From Eledone cirrhosa (Eukaryota), in contig OZ024740.1 in the NCBI GenBank assembly GCA_964016885.1, forward strand, positions 52,204,001 to 52,268,000: 64,000 nucleotides of DNA, read 5' to 3'. This document shows positions 44,034 through 59,000 of this stretch, in pieces. Positions within the stretch are counted from its first letter, which is position 1; every line of letters starts with the position of its first letter. A model generated the notes under the pieces. The model worked only from the letters and a program-made list of their open reading frames with translations. It was not told where the DNA came from and ran no database searches. Both the position numbers and the translations under genes were made by a program.

Positions 44034-44038
<5 letters not shown>
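43163..44038 (+). mobile_element. Family C diverged copy (605-bp unit x ~1.45)
   Basis: Repeat 43163/43768; same right end as 33861-35196. Confidence 0.85.
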
Positions 44039-44096
<58 letters not shown>

Positions 44097-44136
44097 TATA
44101 TAAATATATATGTATATATATATATATATATAAATA

Positions 44137-44906
<770 letters not shown>

Positions 44907-44999
44907 GTAGAACACTGGAAGGTAATATCCGTAGTGTTAGAGCACTCAGTCCATGGGATGAGTTTGGTAGAAGTAGTAACACAACAGTTAGTTCATCAT

Positions 45000-45042
45000 A
45001 CCGAGAACAATTGTTTCACCTTATGCGGATCTTCAGCTCGGT
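45000..45042 (-). ncRNA. Minimal type-I hammerhead in a ~170-bp mini-element (44906-45078)
   Basis: accgag-CTGAAGA-t-cc(gcataa)gg-t-GAAAC-AATT-GT-T-ctcggt; enclosed by IR 44971-45000/45049-45078. Confidence 0.8.
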
Positions 45043-45075
45043 TCACGATATGGTGAACTAACTGTTGTGTTAGTA

Positions 45076-45205
<130 letters not shown>

Positions 45206-45377
45206 TAACAAATTCAGCTTAAAAGGAATTAGTGAACCAGAAGCGATGGTAGAATACACATGTTCAGTTTCCGTATAGTTGGATCGAATCCGGAACCAAG
45301 AGATTGCGAATTGAACTACTTACCTACACAGTCGAAATTGTTATGTCATTATGTTCCAACTCTGTCCTATGATGAGG

Positions 45378-46500
45378 TTCTTCTTCACCTTCTTCTTCTT
45401 CTTCTTCTTCTTTAGCTGCTTATTCCTGGGAGGGCCGTGGGGACAGAATCCACACGCGCGCCTTCTTATCAAAAGTAACCATCTCCAATTAATCCGGCAG
45501 GATCTTCAAGTGAGACCAGTCGAGAACTTGGATATTAACCAATCCTCTTGCTCCGGATCTATTCCCAGGGTCTTCAGCTGGTTGGTTTCCCCCGTAAAAT
45601 CTGTCAAGCGATTATTTCTTGAGACATTCTAACCACATGCCCATAATCTGAGCTGTAATATCTCCATTCGGAGAAGTAGTGGCCCCACATAGAGTGAATC
45701 TCTGATCTCCGAGCTACTTTTTCAATTGAGTAACGTTACTCCAAAGACCCTTCGGAGGAAACCTATTTCAGCCGTTAGTATTCGCGATTGTATTCTTTCA
45801 GTCATTACCCAAGACTCACAACCATAGGCAAGGGTTGGCACGAAAACCGAATTGAAGATAGTGAGTTTGGCTTTTACACCTACATCCTTTCTCATGTTGG
45901 CCGTATGCTGAAGATGGCGCATTACTGCACCAGCTCCTGCATTTCTGACACTCAACTCAGCCTCCTACCTTCCATCACTCGTGAACACGGCCCGAGATAC
46001 TTGAACGTCTTCACCTGCTTCCGTGGAACTTCACTTACGTGTAGAGTACGTTGTACAGGCTTCTTTGAGAGGGCGAGTGTCTCAGTCTTCGCAGCACTGA
46101 TTTTCATTCCGGCCGTGCTGCACTTGGCAGCAAACCTATCAAGTGCATTTCGGAGATCACCTCAAAATGAGTTAAGTACTACCATGTCGTCCGCAAATCC
46201 CAGCCAACAGATCCTACACTTGCCAGTCCTGATACCACATCCAACACGACTATGCATGTCAATCGTGTCCATGCAGATTATGAACAGGAGAGGTGATAGT
46301 ACGCATCCTTAGCTAAGCCGTCATCCACATAGAATGGTTTAAATTTAGCACCATTTATCTGAACACAAATACTAGGGCAATCATATAGAAACATCATGGC
46401 AACAAGAAGCTGTCCATCGATCCCATACTCTTGCAGAAACCTCCACAACAGATCCCCAGGAACGCGGCCATATACCTTTTCGAGGTCTACAAAACAATGA
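45378..46500 (-). mobile_element. RTE-clade LINE, 5'-truncated and decayed
   Basis: FVDLEKVY, CVLSPLLFIICMD, GFADDMV, FKYLG, PTLAYGCESW; (GAA)n tail. Confidence 0.8.
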
Positions 46501-47232
46501 TTAGATTCCAGCCAATACTCTAAACAGTGTACATCAACATAGTGTGTGTTGGCTTTGACTGATTATATCTCCAGTTTACAAATTATAATGTTAATTCAAC
46601 CAAAAAGATATCACTAACATTCATAAACCGAATAAATGCATTAAAATTCTCAAAAGAAACGATTGATATTTAGTCTTCCATAATTTTATATCACTTTATT
46701 TCCAATTTATGATATTTGAAAGTTATTAGTAAAATATATAAATGAAACATTGTCTATGAACTTATATTACATACACACTTACATACACACTTACATACAC
46801 ACATACATAAATACACACATACATACATACATACATACATACATACATACATACATACATACATACATACATACATACATACATACATACATACACACGC
46901 ATTCCCTCACACACATATATATAATGAATTTATATCTGTATATAAGTATATACACAGCAAAACTTAATATATAGCCACATCTGTCTGTCTTTATGTATGT
47001 ATGTATGTTCTGGTTTTATAATTTCACAATTTTTTGCCAATAGAGAGAGAATCGGTTTCTAACATAGTTACAAGACTCTCTCATTGGAATTTACACAACA
47101 TCAACTAGGTAGATATGTCTGCATGCATGCATGTGCAGGTATGGATGTTATTGTATGTGTGGATGTGGATGTTTTGAGTTGTATGTGTGCATGTGCTTAT
47201 ACTTTGTATCTGTACATGTGTATATGCAGTTA

Positions 47233-47700
47233 TTAGATGCAGAATATTTGTGTTTTACATATTTTTACTGTTCCATTAATGGATTGTACTTGTAATTTCC
47301 TAACTAGTTGTGTTCTTTCTGTTTCTGTGAAGGCCAGCTTCTCAAGATTTGTATTGAGGCAGTTACTAACATATCTCAGTGCCCCAATAATCACAGACAT
47401 AAATCTGAAGGTATAGTCAGGGTGGAGTATCTGCAGATCTTTCATTAGTTCTGCTTAAATATTCTCCTTTTCGCTAATCTTTGATATTATATTGGCGTCT
47501 GCTGGGCAGCTAACTTCCACTACTGTTCATGCCTTCTTTTCCCTGTAACATATCATTATATCTGGTCTGTTATTCCTGCATTTTATTGGGGTTTTTACTG
47601 GAACATTCCACCAGTACTCTTTCATATTATGTATATGTATGTCTTCCACATTGCTGTAGCTATCTTTTCTACGGATTACATTGTACAGTGTTTTGGCCAC
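47233..47700 (-). pseudogene. Diverged RLE-type LINE C-terminal remnant
   Basis: RHDAVA, EYWWN, NRPDI, VEVSCP, VIIGAL. Confidence 0.7.
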
Positions 47701-47940
47701 TGCATCATGCCTCATAGTGGTTAGTACCGTGATGATGCATGTATGTTTATCTCTTTCTCTTAATTTCGAGTATTTATTTTTGACCGGCCACCTTCCTGGT
47801 GGCAAGGTTGTAAAAGAAAAGAAATTGTCATCCCTTGAATCGCAAGAATGTTTTGCAAATTTTGAAGGTGCCAGCTATCGCAGCCATTTGTAGACTATGA
47901 ATTAGGGAGCTGCGCTTTTTGTCCGCAAGTCCAAGTTCAG

Positions 47941-50412
47941 TCATACTTTGGTCCAAGCGGGTTGGTATATAACCCGTAGCTCCAATAATGATGGGTATGA
48001 AGCTAAAGGTGATCTTGGATACTGGATTTGTAAACTCCTCATTAATGGTCCGTAGATGTCCTCCTTCTCCTGTATTTTTCTGACAACGTTTACATCAAGT
48101 GGGCAGCTGATCTCCACAACAGAACACATTTTCAATGTGTGGTCCCAAACAACAATATCAGGCCGGTTATGCTTTAATTTGATGGCAGTTTTTATTTTCA
48201 GGTTCCACCAGTATTCCTTAGTGCCATCTGTCTCAATATATTCTTCCTCGTTTGTTGTTAATTTTGTTTTCCGAAGTGCATTCCAGTTGGTTCTAGCTAT
48301 CCCATCGTGTCTCATGGGGAGGTAGTAGCGAGATGACATTCTTTCGCAGCTGGCAATAATGTGGCTTACATCCTCGATCTTTGTTTTACATAGCCTACAT
48401 TTATTGTCAGCTGCTGGCCCTCCTCTTTTGTGCAGCAGATATTTGGTAGGGAGTTCTTGTTCCTGTATTGCATAGAAATATCCCTCAAGGTGTGATGTCA
48501 TAAACTTGTCGGAACTCCATGCTAGGCTTTTTGAGTGGTTTATCCCCTCTACGGTCTGTGTTTTACGTCTCAAGTATCCATGCACAAATTTTTCTGTAAA
48601 TTGGTCAATTTTTTTTATCTTGTTTGAACATTGAATAGGATCTTCCGATTTCTCTGGGTGAGAGATTTATATCAGGCTTTATTCCATATCTCTCCTCCAG
48701 ATCAGTCGCTATTCTAATGATTTTTTTTTTCATGCTCATAAACCTGGGCAAGATGGTTGCCAACCTTTTTCCTCTGTTGAAGGTGTTGCTTCAGTGTTAC
48801 TATCCCGGCCACCTTCCTTGCGTGAGAAGTATAGCCTATCCACATCACCATTGATGTTAAAGTTCCCAGTAACACTGAGAAGTTTGCGAGTTCTAACATC
48901 CATCTCACTTAGTTCTTGTAATGACCAGTTCAGCAGGCCAAATGTTGGCGTTAGAATTGGCACAGCATAAGTATTGTGGGCAATGTATTTGTTGTACGCT
49001 GACAGTTCTGATGACCATATTTTCTTTACTCTCTGAGGTATTCAGTTCTGGTTCTCTCCTTATTTATGGGTCCATCATATCTGACATTCTCATCCTGTCC
49101 AAGATATCTGTAGTTGTCACCTGACTGTAGACGTTGTATTGTCAGGCCGTTCATCTCTAGATTTCTAGAGGAGGGCACAGCTCTTCCACGTTTTACTGCC
49201 AAATATGCAAACTTGGACTCACCAAATTCCATTTTGATGTCGGTTGAAAATTGTGTAATGAGGTCCAATTGTTTCTTGATGTCATTGATATTTGGCCCAT
49301 ACAACTTCAGGTCATCAACAAAGAAAAGATGGGAGATACTTCTGGACTCACTTCTTTGTCCACCTTGTTTCCTGAGTAGGTAAGATAGTGGATTCAGTGA
49401 GAGAACGAAGAGTAGCACTGACAAGCTATCACCCTGAAAGATGCCCTTCTGGTAATGTATCTTATCAGTCTTAACTTGCTCCTTCTCACCTCTAAGGATC
49501 AAATTGGTGTACCAGTTCTTGGTCAGGCGTTCAACAGCAGCTACCAATGGTTGTGGGACTTTGGCTAACTGTAGAGCCTTAATAATCCACCCATGAGGTA
49601 CACTATCAAATGCTTTTTGATAGTCCAGCCACACCACAGTCATGTTTTCGCGATTCTTTGTTGTTTTTTCCTGAATCATTTTGTTAGTTAGTAGGTGATC
49701 TATGCAACCCCACATCTCTCTCTTTCCACCAGCTTGCTCAGGTGTTATGATGTTGTTGGTAGCACAGTGATCCTGTAAGAACAGGTTAAGGCACCCAGTA
49801 TATAATTTATACATGATGTTTTGGCAGGCTATTGCGCAGTAATTTTTAGCAAGGGGGTTTGGCTATTTTTGGGAATGAGGAGAGTAGTGGCAGTTGGTAA
49901 CCATCTGGGCAGTTCTTGTGTGCCTTTAATGGTTTCTGTAAACAGCCGTATGAGATCTTGCCGATAGAAAGTGAAATTCTTCAACCAGTATCCTGTAATG
50001 AGGTCTGGGCCTGGCGATTTCCTATTCGACATTTTCTGTAGAGCTGTTTCCAGTATTGACCCATCTATGTCATATTGTTTTGTCTGGACATGTTGGCAGT
50101 AGTCCTGTTCCAGTTCTTTTAGCCAATTAGTTTGTCTGTTGAATCCATCATCCGTTTCCCATACAGATCTCCAGTAGCTCTCAACCTGTTCTTTTGAAGG
50201 GGTGTCATTTACAGGGATTGAACTTTTGTCACCGAAGCAGCGATAAACTGATTGAGGATCTCTGGCAAACAATCTATTTAGCACTTGTCGTTTATGTGCT
50301 GTTGACTTATATTTTAGTCTTTCTGTTGTAGCTGTGAGTTGTTGTTTCAACTGGTGTAATTTGAAGTTCAAAGTTTTAAATTTTGTATCTCCAAATCATC
50401 TCTCTAACTTTT
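47941..50412 (-). mobile_element. R4/Dong-like non-LTR retrotransposon (RT, CCHC, restriction-like endonuclease), frameshifted
   Basis: KSPGPD, WLDYQKAFDSVPH, GIFQGDSLS, LFFVDDLKLY, CRLC..E...HI...C, RHD, NRPDIVV, VEISCP. Confidence 0.88.
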
Positions 50413-50456
50413 TTATGTATGTATGTATGTATGTATGTATGTATGTATGTATGTAT

Positions 50457-51015
50457 GTCTCATGGTCGGGTCGTTGGCGACTAAACTGGCAACCCCACCA
50501 AGGTTTCTTGGTGAGGAGGGTGACTTTGGACATCCTGCAGGACTAAAAACAAAACCTGTCAAAGGGCAAAGGAGCTCTTAAGAGTCAATGGCCATCCAAA
50601 ATCACTGGGAGAGATGACCCCTTAGCCTTTGTCAAGGCAGAATTCTAGGAGAAGGAAAACTCTGATATAACACCTGCAACCCTGATGGTATCCAATGATG
50701 TTGACTTGTTCTTCTTTTTGGTAAATATCATCTTGGTTAAGAGAGTGGGACTGGCTTTGTGCAGTGCCTTTGCTCACTATAAAAGCTTCACGGCACAGGC
50801 ATTGCTTTGTATCTGGAGATCTCTCTGCACTTGTCGTCACATGGTACCAAAGGCAAAGCACTATGTGTCAATAATTGTCACAAGTGTAGTGTTTGTACCA
50901 GAGTTTTCAAGTCGCTGGCTGGACTAAAAAGTCACTCGTTCAGCGCATCGGTAGGGGTTCTCCTACATGGATATAAAGTAGTGGCCGTACTCGAAAACGA
51001 GTTGGCAGCCACCAT
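50457..51015 (+). mobile_element. Short RTE-derived SINE-like element with (TATG)n tail
   Basis: Near-identical copy at 52236-52845, diverged 5' part at 53555-53700; 3' C2H2-like [17 protein letters not shown]; tail runs into (TATG)n. Confidence 0.6.
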
Positions 51016-51169
51016 GTATATATATATATGTATATATGTATGTATATATATATGTATATATGTATGTATATATATATATGTATATATGTATGTATATATA
51101 TATGTATATATGTATGTATATATATATATGTATATATGTATGTATATATATATATGTATATATGTATGT

Positions 51170-51203
<34 letters not shown>

Positions 51204-51666
51204 GTATATATATATATGTATATATGTATGTATATATATATATGTATATATGTATGTATATATATATATGTATATATGTATGTATATATATGTGTGTATA
51301 TATGTATGTATATATATATATGTATATATGTGTGTATGTATATATATGTATATATGTATGTATATATATATATGTATATATGTATGTATATGTATATATG
51401 TATGTATGTATATATATGTATGTATATATGTATGTATATATATATATGTATATATGTATGTATATATATATATGTATATATGTATGTATATATATATATG
51501 TATATATGTATGTATGTATGTATATATATATATGTATATATGTATGTATGTATGTATATATATATATGTATATATGTATGTATATATGTATGTATGTATA
51601 TGTATGTATGTATGTATATGTATGTATGTATGTATGTATATATATATGTATGTATGTATATATATG

Positions 51667-51698
<32 letters not shown>

Positions 51699-51752
51699 TA
51701 TGTATGTATGTATATGTATGTATGTATATGTATGTATGTATGTATGTATATA

Positions 51753-51788
<36 letters not shown>

Positions 51789-51910
51789 TGTATGAATATG
51801 TATGTATGTATATATATATATGTATGTATGTATGTATGTATATATGTATGTATGTATGTATATGTGTATGTATGTATGTATGTATATATATATGTATGTA
51901 TGTATGTATG

Positions 51911-51944
<34 letters not shown>

Positions 51945-52236
51945 TATATATATGTATGTATGTATATATATATGTATGTATGTATATATATATGTATATA
52001 TGTATGTATGTATATATATATGTGTATATATGTATGTATGTATATATATATGTATATATGTATGTATGTATATATATATGTATGTATGTATATATATATG
52101 TATATATGTATGTATGTATATATATATGTATGTATGTATATATATATGTATATATGTATGTATGTATATATGTATGTATGTATATATGTATGTATGTATA
52201 TATGTATGTATGTATATATGTATGTATGTATATATG
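51015..52236. repeat. ~1.2-kb compound (TA)n/(TATG)n microsatellite
   Basis: Direct reading; source of the 255-485 aa pseudo-ORFs. Confidence 0.95.
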
Positions 52237-52845
52237 TCAGGTCACCAGTTGGTGCTACTGGTAACATGTATCCCAGTACAACCTGTCTCATGGTCGGGTC
52301 GTTGGCGACTAAACTGGCAACCCTACCAAGGTTTCTTGGTGAGGAGGGTGACTTTGGACATCCTGCAGGACTAAAAACAAAACCTGTCAAAGGGCAAGGG
52401 AGCTCTTAAGACTCAATAGCCATCCAAAATCACCGGGAGAGATGACCCCTTAGCCTTTGTCAAGGCAGAATTCTAGGAGAAGGAAAACTCTGATATAACA
52501 CCTGCAACCCTGATGGTATCCAATGATGTTGACTTGTTCTTCTTTTTGGTAAATATCATCTTGGTTAAGAGAGTGGGACTGGCTTTGTGCAGTGCCTTTG
52601 CTCACTATAAAAGCTTCACAGCACAGGCATTGCTTTATATCTGGAGATCTCTCTGCACTTGTCATCACATGGTACCATGGGCCCTGCACTATGTGTCAAT
52701 AATGGTCACAAGTGTAGTCTTTGTACCAGAGTTTTCAAGTCGCTGGCTGGACTAAAAAGTCACATTCGTTCAGCGCATCGGTAGGGGTTCTCCTACATGG
52801 ATATAAAGTAGTGGCCGTACTCGAAAACGAGTTGGCAGCCACCAT
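52236..52845 (+). mobile_element. Second copy of the RTE-derived SINE-like element
   Basis: Direct repeat of 50457-51015 with ~50 nt more at the 5' end. Confidence 0.6.
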
Positions 52846-52899
52846 GTATGTATGTATGTATGTATGTATGTATGTATGTATGTATGTGTGTATGTGTGT

Positions 52900-52991
<92 letters not shown>

Positions 52992-53199
52992 AAGTGCCCG
53001 TGTGTGTTTTCATACTTGTAAATGAACATTGTGAGATTTGTTTACAATGATATACTTATATGTATATATGATGGACTCTCTCGTCGATTTCTACGTATGA
53101 GGATTCACTCAGTTCGGATGTTTATATCAGGCACGACATTTTAGACCAGCCAAGGATTTACAAACAAGTCAACAGTTCGTGCACGGGTGAGATTTACTG

Positions 53200-53530
53200 G
53201 TATGTTTGATAATGTTTTTCTCCTCTCTCTTTCTTCTTGTACCCTATGGATACAACCAGACTTGAAGTTCCTGATCCCATTATGATACATTGATCTTCAG
53301 TTCTTCCACTGCAAGGCCACGTGCTCAAATATCTCATTAGATATATTTCTTGCTGAAATATTACTCTTCAGCCTCTCTTTGTATCTTAGCCATGGCCGTC
53401 CAGCATTTCTATATCAACCATCAAGCTGGTGTTGCATTGTCACTCATTCTAATGATATGGCTAGCCCAGCGTAGTTGTGATTTCACAAGAAAGGTTTCAA
53501 TATCTTCAATCTTGCACTTAGTATAGAGGC
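53200..53530 (-). pseudogene. RTE LINE 3' remnant
   Basis: IETFLVKSQLRWASH and GRPWLRYKE motifs. Confidence 0.65.
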
Positions 53531-53849
53531 AACATGTAGCCCAACACAATCTGTTGCATTGGCGGGTCGTCGGCAACTAAATCAGTAACTCCACCAAGCT
53601 TGCCTGGTGAGGAGAGGAATTTTGGATACCCTGTGAGATGAAAAACAACACCTGTTAAAGGGCGGAGGAACTCAGGAGAGTCAACGGTCATCCAATAGTG
53701 TTTACATATCTACATATTGTGTAGATATGTTTATGTGTATGTATGTATGTATGTATATGTATTCATGTGTATTTGTATGTATATATTTATGTATGTATAT
53801 ATGTATATGAGATGGAAACTCAGACAATTAAAACCCTTATTATCTTGGT

Positions 53850-55100
53850 TGCGGCAGCCAAGGGAGTAGTAAATGTGTGTATATATTTTTTCCCCAGGTG
53901 CTTGCTCATCTGTGGTGATTTTGTTATTGTCAGAACAGAATGGTCCTGGAGAAATAGGTTTAGACAGGCTGTATACATTTTTTACATAAAGTTCTGACAT
54001 GCAATAGGTCGGTAACGTTTTGACAAGTGGGTTTCTTCGTTTTGGGGGACCAATATTCTTTTTGCTAATGTCAACCAGCTTGGTATATATACATCTTACT
54101 TTAGAGGTTGCTGGTAGAGATTGATAAAATATATCCGATAGTAAGTCAAGTTTTTGTTTCAGTAGCCGACAATTAGGCCTCTGGTGTTTTCTTAGCTTGA
54201 ATTTTTCCTATACGAGTCTTAAAGGTATCGTCATTGATGCCGTGTGGTTTTGGTATAATGTAGGGACAATAGTTCATTTAGATATATTTCAACCACACTG
54301 CATCTTGGTTGAATTTCCTTTCCTCACCCCATATTTTTTATCCAGATGGAATTTGTTATCACCAAGATAATGATTCATTCTCATTGCTATGGCATATAGA
54401 CAAACGTTAACTTGCCAAAATGCAGTCTTTAATTTGTCGATAGCACACATGATTTCAGTATTTGCTTTTTTATCTAATATTCTCGTTTTATGTCTTTTTG
54501 AGCTGTTACATATAGAGATTAATATCTGTTTGGAAAATTTCGCTAAGGGTATATTTTAACTATTTATAGTCTTCAATGTCGGTATTTTGATTTTGGTCGT
54601 TAATTCGACTGCGATATATAGTAGTCGAGGTAAAGTCTGTTCGGACTCGTGGTGTCAAATTTGTCACCGACATGACTATTTCAAGAGACTGTTTGCGTAT
54701 TGCTATTGTTTGTTATTGATGGTGGGACTAGTTACAAGGAAACCTAGTAAGATGGCAACCTGTTGTGACACGTCTTCATTGCATGTCCGATTTAGGAAAC
54801 TGCTCACTTAGTGTTGTTACTTGTAAGGGTTTAACACGTTCAATATTGTTTTGAATAATGTTTATGTTATTTTTACGTTCAACAATGGCTATGAAATAAT
54901 TTAGGTCTGGGTGAAGTTCGTCCCAGTGTAGCTTCATTCTGTTCCTATAGCCAGCAAAGGGATCCTTTATTGCAATTTTATAACAATTAAATGGGTCGTT
55001 ATTGAGTTTGTAACTAAAACTAAAAATATTCTTTTTACCTTTCTCGTTATTGATTTTCTTCGATTGCTTGTTGTTGATGTTGTCGTGTTCAGCCGTGTTG
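53850..55100 (-). pseudogene. Highly decayed CR1/L2-like LINE (endonuclease-linker region)
   Basis: Fragmentary frames such as SKPISPGPFCSDNNKITTD; weak. Confidence 0.35.
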
Positions 55101-55349
55101 TTTGTAGTAAATCCTTGTAAAGTGAATTCAACTTTTAAACAGATATCTCTAAGATTTCGAAAAGAAATGTGTTTTCAGTGAATATCATCAGAAGAATATC
55201 CAGTTATTTAACAAGGCTGGTAGTTGTGGCATTATTGTTGGAGATAGTAATCATCTTAATTACATACATATATAATATGTATGCATGTATGTATGTATGT
55301 ATGTATGTATGTATGTGTGTATGTATGTATGTATGTATGTATGTGTGTA

Positions 55350-55384
<35 letters not shown>

Positions 55385-55399
55385 ATGCATGTATGTATG

Positions 55400-55492
<93 letters not shown>

Positions 55493-56806
55493 ATTCTGTC
55501 TTGAAGTTCTTCATATCTACTTTTGCCTTTAATCCAAATCCCACTGTGAGCAACTTTATCATTAATACTATATGGTCAATAAATTAAAACAAGTTTGATA
55601 TTTTGAAAGAAAATAGATTTACTTAAGTACATTAAAATAGCCTTTTTTTTGCGTATTAAAATCTTGATCACAGTGAAATCTTGTACACTTAAATTACCTT
55701 ATTGTCTTCAAACATTTTCAATAATATATTAAATATATTAAATATTATACGAGATAATCTTATGAAGACGGTAGCATATGTCTATGTGTATGTGTAGATA
55801 TGAGTATGTGGATCTGTGTGTATTTGTCTGTGGACGTATATATGTATCTGTGTATATACTTATGTATGTGTCGGTATATGTATGTCTACCGCGCTGTGTA
55901 TACGTTTGTGTGCAGGTGTGTGAGCGTGCAAGTGTTGTGTATGTGTGAATGCGTGTATGGCGGTGGGTGTCTTCTTATCGCCCCAGATCGAACATCAAAG
56001 GGTTTGAAAGTTTATTGCACTGAAATGGTAAAATAACTCAACATAGAAAATGGCAACAATAAACAGCCAAAGAGCCGACAGACTGTAATGTACGGTTTCT
56101 GTGATAAAATGAAAGTTTTAAGTCATCCGAGATTACTCCAAATTGTGGCTAAGATTAAGTTACTTGTCCCTGGATGCCGGTTCCGGTGGGCAGCTGTTGA
56201 AGAACTGCCTGGTTGCATGTGCGGCCCCCTCACAGCGAAATGGATGTGTAGAAAAAATCAATTTGTGAGACGGATATGCTGAGCTGCACTTTTAAGTTTG
56301 TTGTTCCTTCATGGTCCCGAACAACAGAATGGTCAATGTGATCGTTTTCCTCTCCATGGGTTTAATGGACCCTCTTCGTCACATATTTTACAATTTGAAT
56401 GTCGTCCATTTAATTCTATAAGTATTTGTCCTCGTCATGTAATTTCACGTTAAGTTCTGTTTTTACCCTGTAAAATAATCTAGAACATTCTTTGACTAAC
56501 TTGTTAGACACTGTGACCCCAGATGAGCAAGCAGTATCGTAGGTAAGGGTCGAAACTGATTACGTTCATATCTACGGATGATGACCGTGGAATTTTTACA
56601 CATGTTGCCAATTTATATATATATATATATGCAGAGGTTATATTTAATTTGTTGGGATTCAACAAGCTTAAATATTTTTTAACTGATATAAAGCACTCAT
56701 TTGCATACTCAATCATAATTTTCTATCATCCTCAATAAATGTAATATCTCCACTATCCAGGAAGCTCCAACCGTTAAGGTTGTCTTTTTTCAGGGTATGT
56801 CAATAT

Positions 56807-56945
56807 TTATTTATAAAACAAATCTGTATTGTATATTATCTGATGAAAGCGCACCATAATTTGCCTTGGTTGCCCTTGAAATATGTATAATAAAATAAAT
56901 ATGGTTTTATAAATATAGTTTCCATTTGTTAATATATTGTATATA
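56807..56945 (+). mobile_element. PLE-3-related pseudo-LTR end with hammerhead-like motif
   Basis: Homologous to the reverse complement of 36745-36880; tattat-CTGATGA...GAAA-TATG-TA-taata; ends in (TA)n. Confidence 0.65.
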
Positions 56946-56989
56946 TATATATATGTGTGTGTGTGTGAGTGTGTGTGTATGTATATATG

Positions 56990-57063
<74 letters not shown>

Positions 57064-58251
57064 CATATGCCTCTCATTCACCCTCTTACTGAAAGAAGGA
57101 CAACTACTTACTGTTGATCATGGTTCATTCAATTAACTATATCTCTCCTTCAATAAAGCCAGGAAGTCTTTACATGGTCATTAGAAATAGCAGTCAAATC
57201 TCTATCAAATCGCATTCAACCGTCTTAAAAAATAAAATGTAACATTTTTAATACATAACATCATCAGTTTTCATCGACCAAATTTTACTTTTACTTACCA
57301 GATTTTGGTTGATCCGTATTTGTGAAGAAAACTTTTTAAACAAAAACCCAGTAGGTAATGCAATCCAAGTAAAACCAAAATGTTTCTGATCTTCGATTTT
57401 CCCGATCAAGGTTGACCCTGAGTTAAATAATAACGTCAGTGACTCCTTTATGAACGATGTCCCAGATTAAATGTCTTACTATATTTAATCACTTCTCTCC
57501 ACATTCTGCGTTTTAATCTCGTTTTTACGTTATAATTAATTCCCTGGGAATACTAAACTATATATATTAGTAAATATTACGAAATCGGCATAATTAACAA
57601 TACTCCGACAGGACAAATTTAGTTTTGTCTATAAGAAAAAAAATTATCTTATAAACGATGTGAACCAGCAGACAACCTATTAATGTGGCTGCTTTAATTG
57701 TCTTACTCAATTTACTCAATCGTTTCAGCTGCTTTTCCTCTCTACTCATGGAGACATTTATTTTAACGACCACATTTTATTTGGACTACTTATTGATTGC
57801 CAGCACACACCCAACCCTATTCCCTCCTATTCTAGCCTTTATTTTAGTCAATTGTCTAATCTCAGCCTTCCACGTTCGGATTTCAACGATATTGGGTGTT
57901 GTCATAGTTAACTATATACACCTTTCTGGTGAGTATTGCTCTTGTATCCAACCAAAATCAATCGATATATAAAGGAAGCAGCGGTGAATTCTCGGGAAAC
58001 TGAGTCAGTAACATGAGATCGTCTGCTAGTTAGAAACTCTTCCAGTACTTTATATATTTATTTTTCTGTTGATATCATTGGCAAAAAGGACAAAGGCTTT
58101 TAAGTAGCTATGTTCTCAGAACTGACTCCGTCACCCTGTAGCTATGTTGACATGAATTTACTATTACAGTCTGTCCGATATATCGTTTGTCATTGAGATG
58201 TCGTTATGTTATTTTGATTATCATTCCTGATTCACTTCCAGACAAATATTT

Positions 58252-58303
<52 letters not shown>

Positions 58304-58307
58304 GTTG

Positions 58308-58575
58308 TTAATTACTGTATTGCTTATCCGCAATAGCTGTGTTGTGGCGTCTCGTTGATAAACAGGTGTAAACAGGTAAGAGCACTCCACGCGAGTCGTA
58401 TCTATCCCGCATTACGGTGGCGACGGAGTTTCTAGGCATGAATGGGAAATTATAATAATAAATTGAAGTGAAACCCAACAGATGCGTGTGTTTTTTATTG
58501 GCAGCATGACTCTCCCAGAGTATAACAATATCTGTTTCAACACACGTTTTCATATAAAACAAATACAAAAACGAA
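58308..58575 (+). mobile_element. Diverged PLE-1-like terminal fragment
   Basis: cccagagtataacaatatctgtttcaacacacgttttcatataaaa matches the PLE-1 end plus tail. Confidence 0.5.
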
Positions 58576-58897
58576 ATAATAATAATAATAATGAAATTAT
58601 TGTGTAAAGTGCTCAGGTGCACTACAACTCGTCAAAGGTGCATGTATAGTACATAGAATAATATACAAATGTCAGGGAAGTGAATAGTGTATGAGTCATG
58701 ATATACATGTGTGTATGTGTATGGAGGGGGAACATTAGCTGTAGTGTTGGCGGATCTCGGGAAGCATGGAGGCCTTAAAGGATGCAGTGTCTCGACAGCT
58801 AACAACTGATGCAGGTAGTTTGTTCCATGCTTCAGCAACTCTGAGTGTGAAAAAATGTAACCGAAAGTCATGGGAGCTGTGCTGTTTTCTAACTTTG
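58575..58897 (-). mobile_element. CR1-type LINE 3' end
   Basis: FRLHFFTLRVAEAWNKLP...SFK; (TTA)n tail. Confidence 0.75.
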
Positions 58898-58899
58898 TG

Positions 58900-59000
<101 letters not shown>

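Noticed and set aside
50807-52409. Long ORFs of 255-485 aa (YI/CM/HT-rich) and many similar short ORFs elsewhere
   Set aside because: Translations of TA/TG/CA microsatellites that lack stop codons; not genes.
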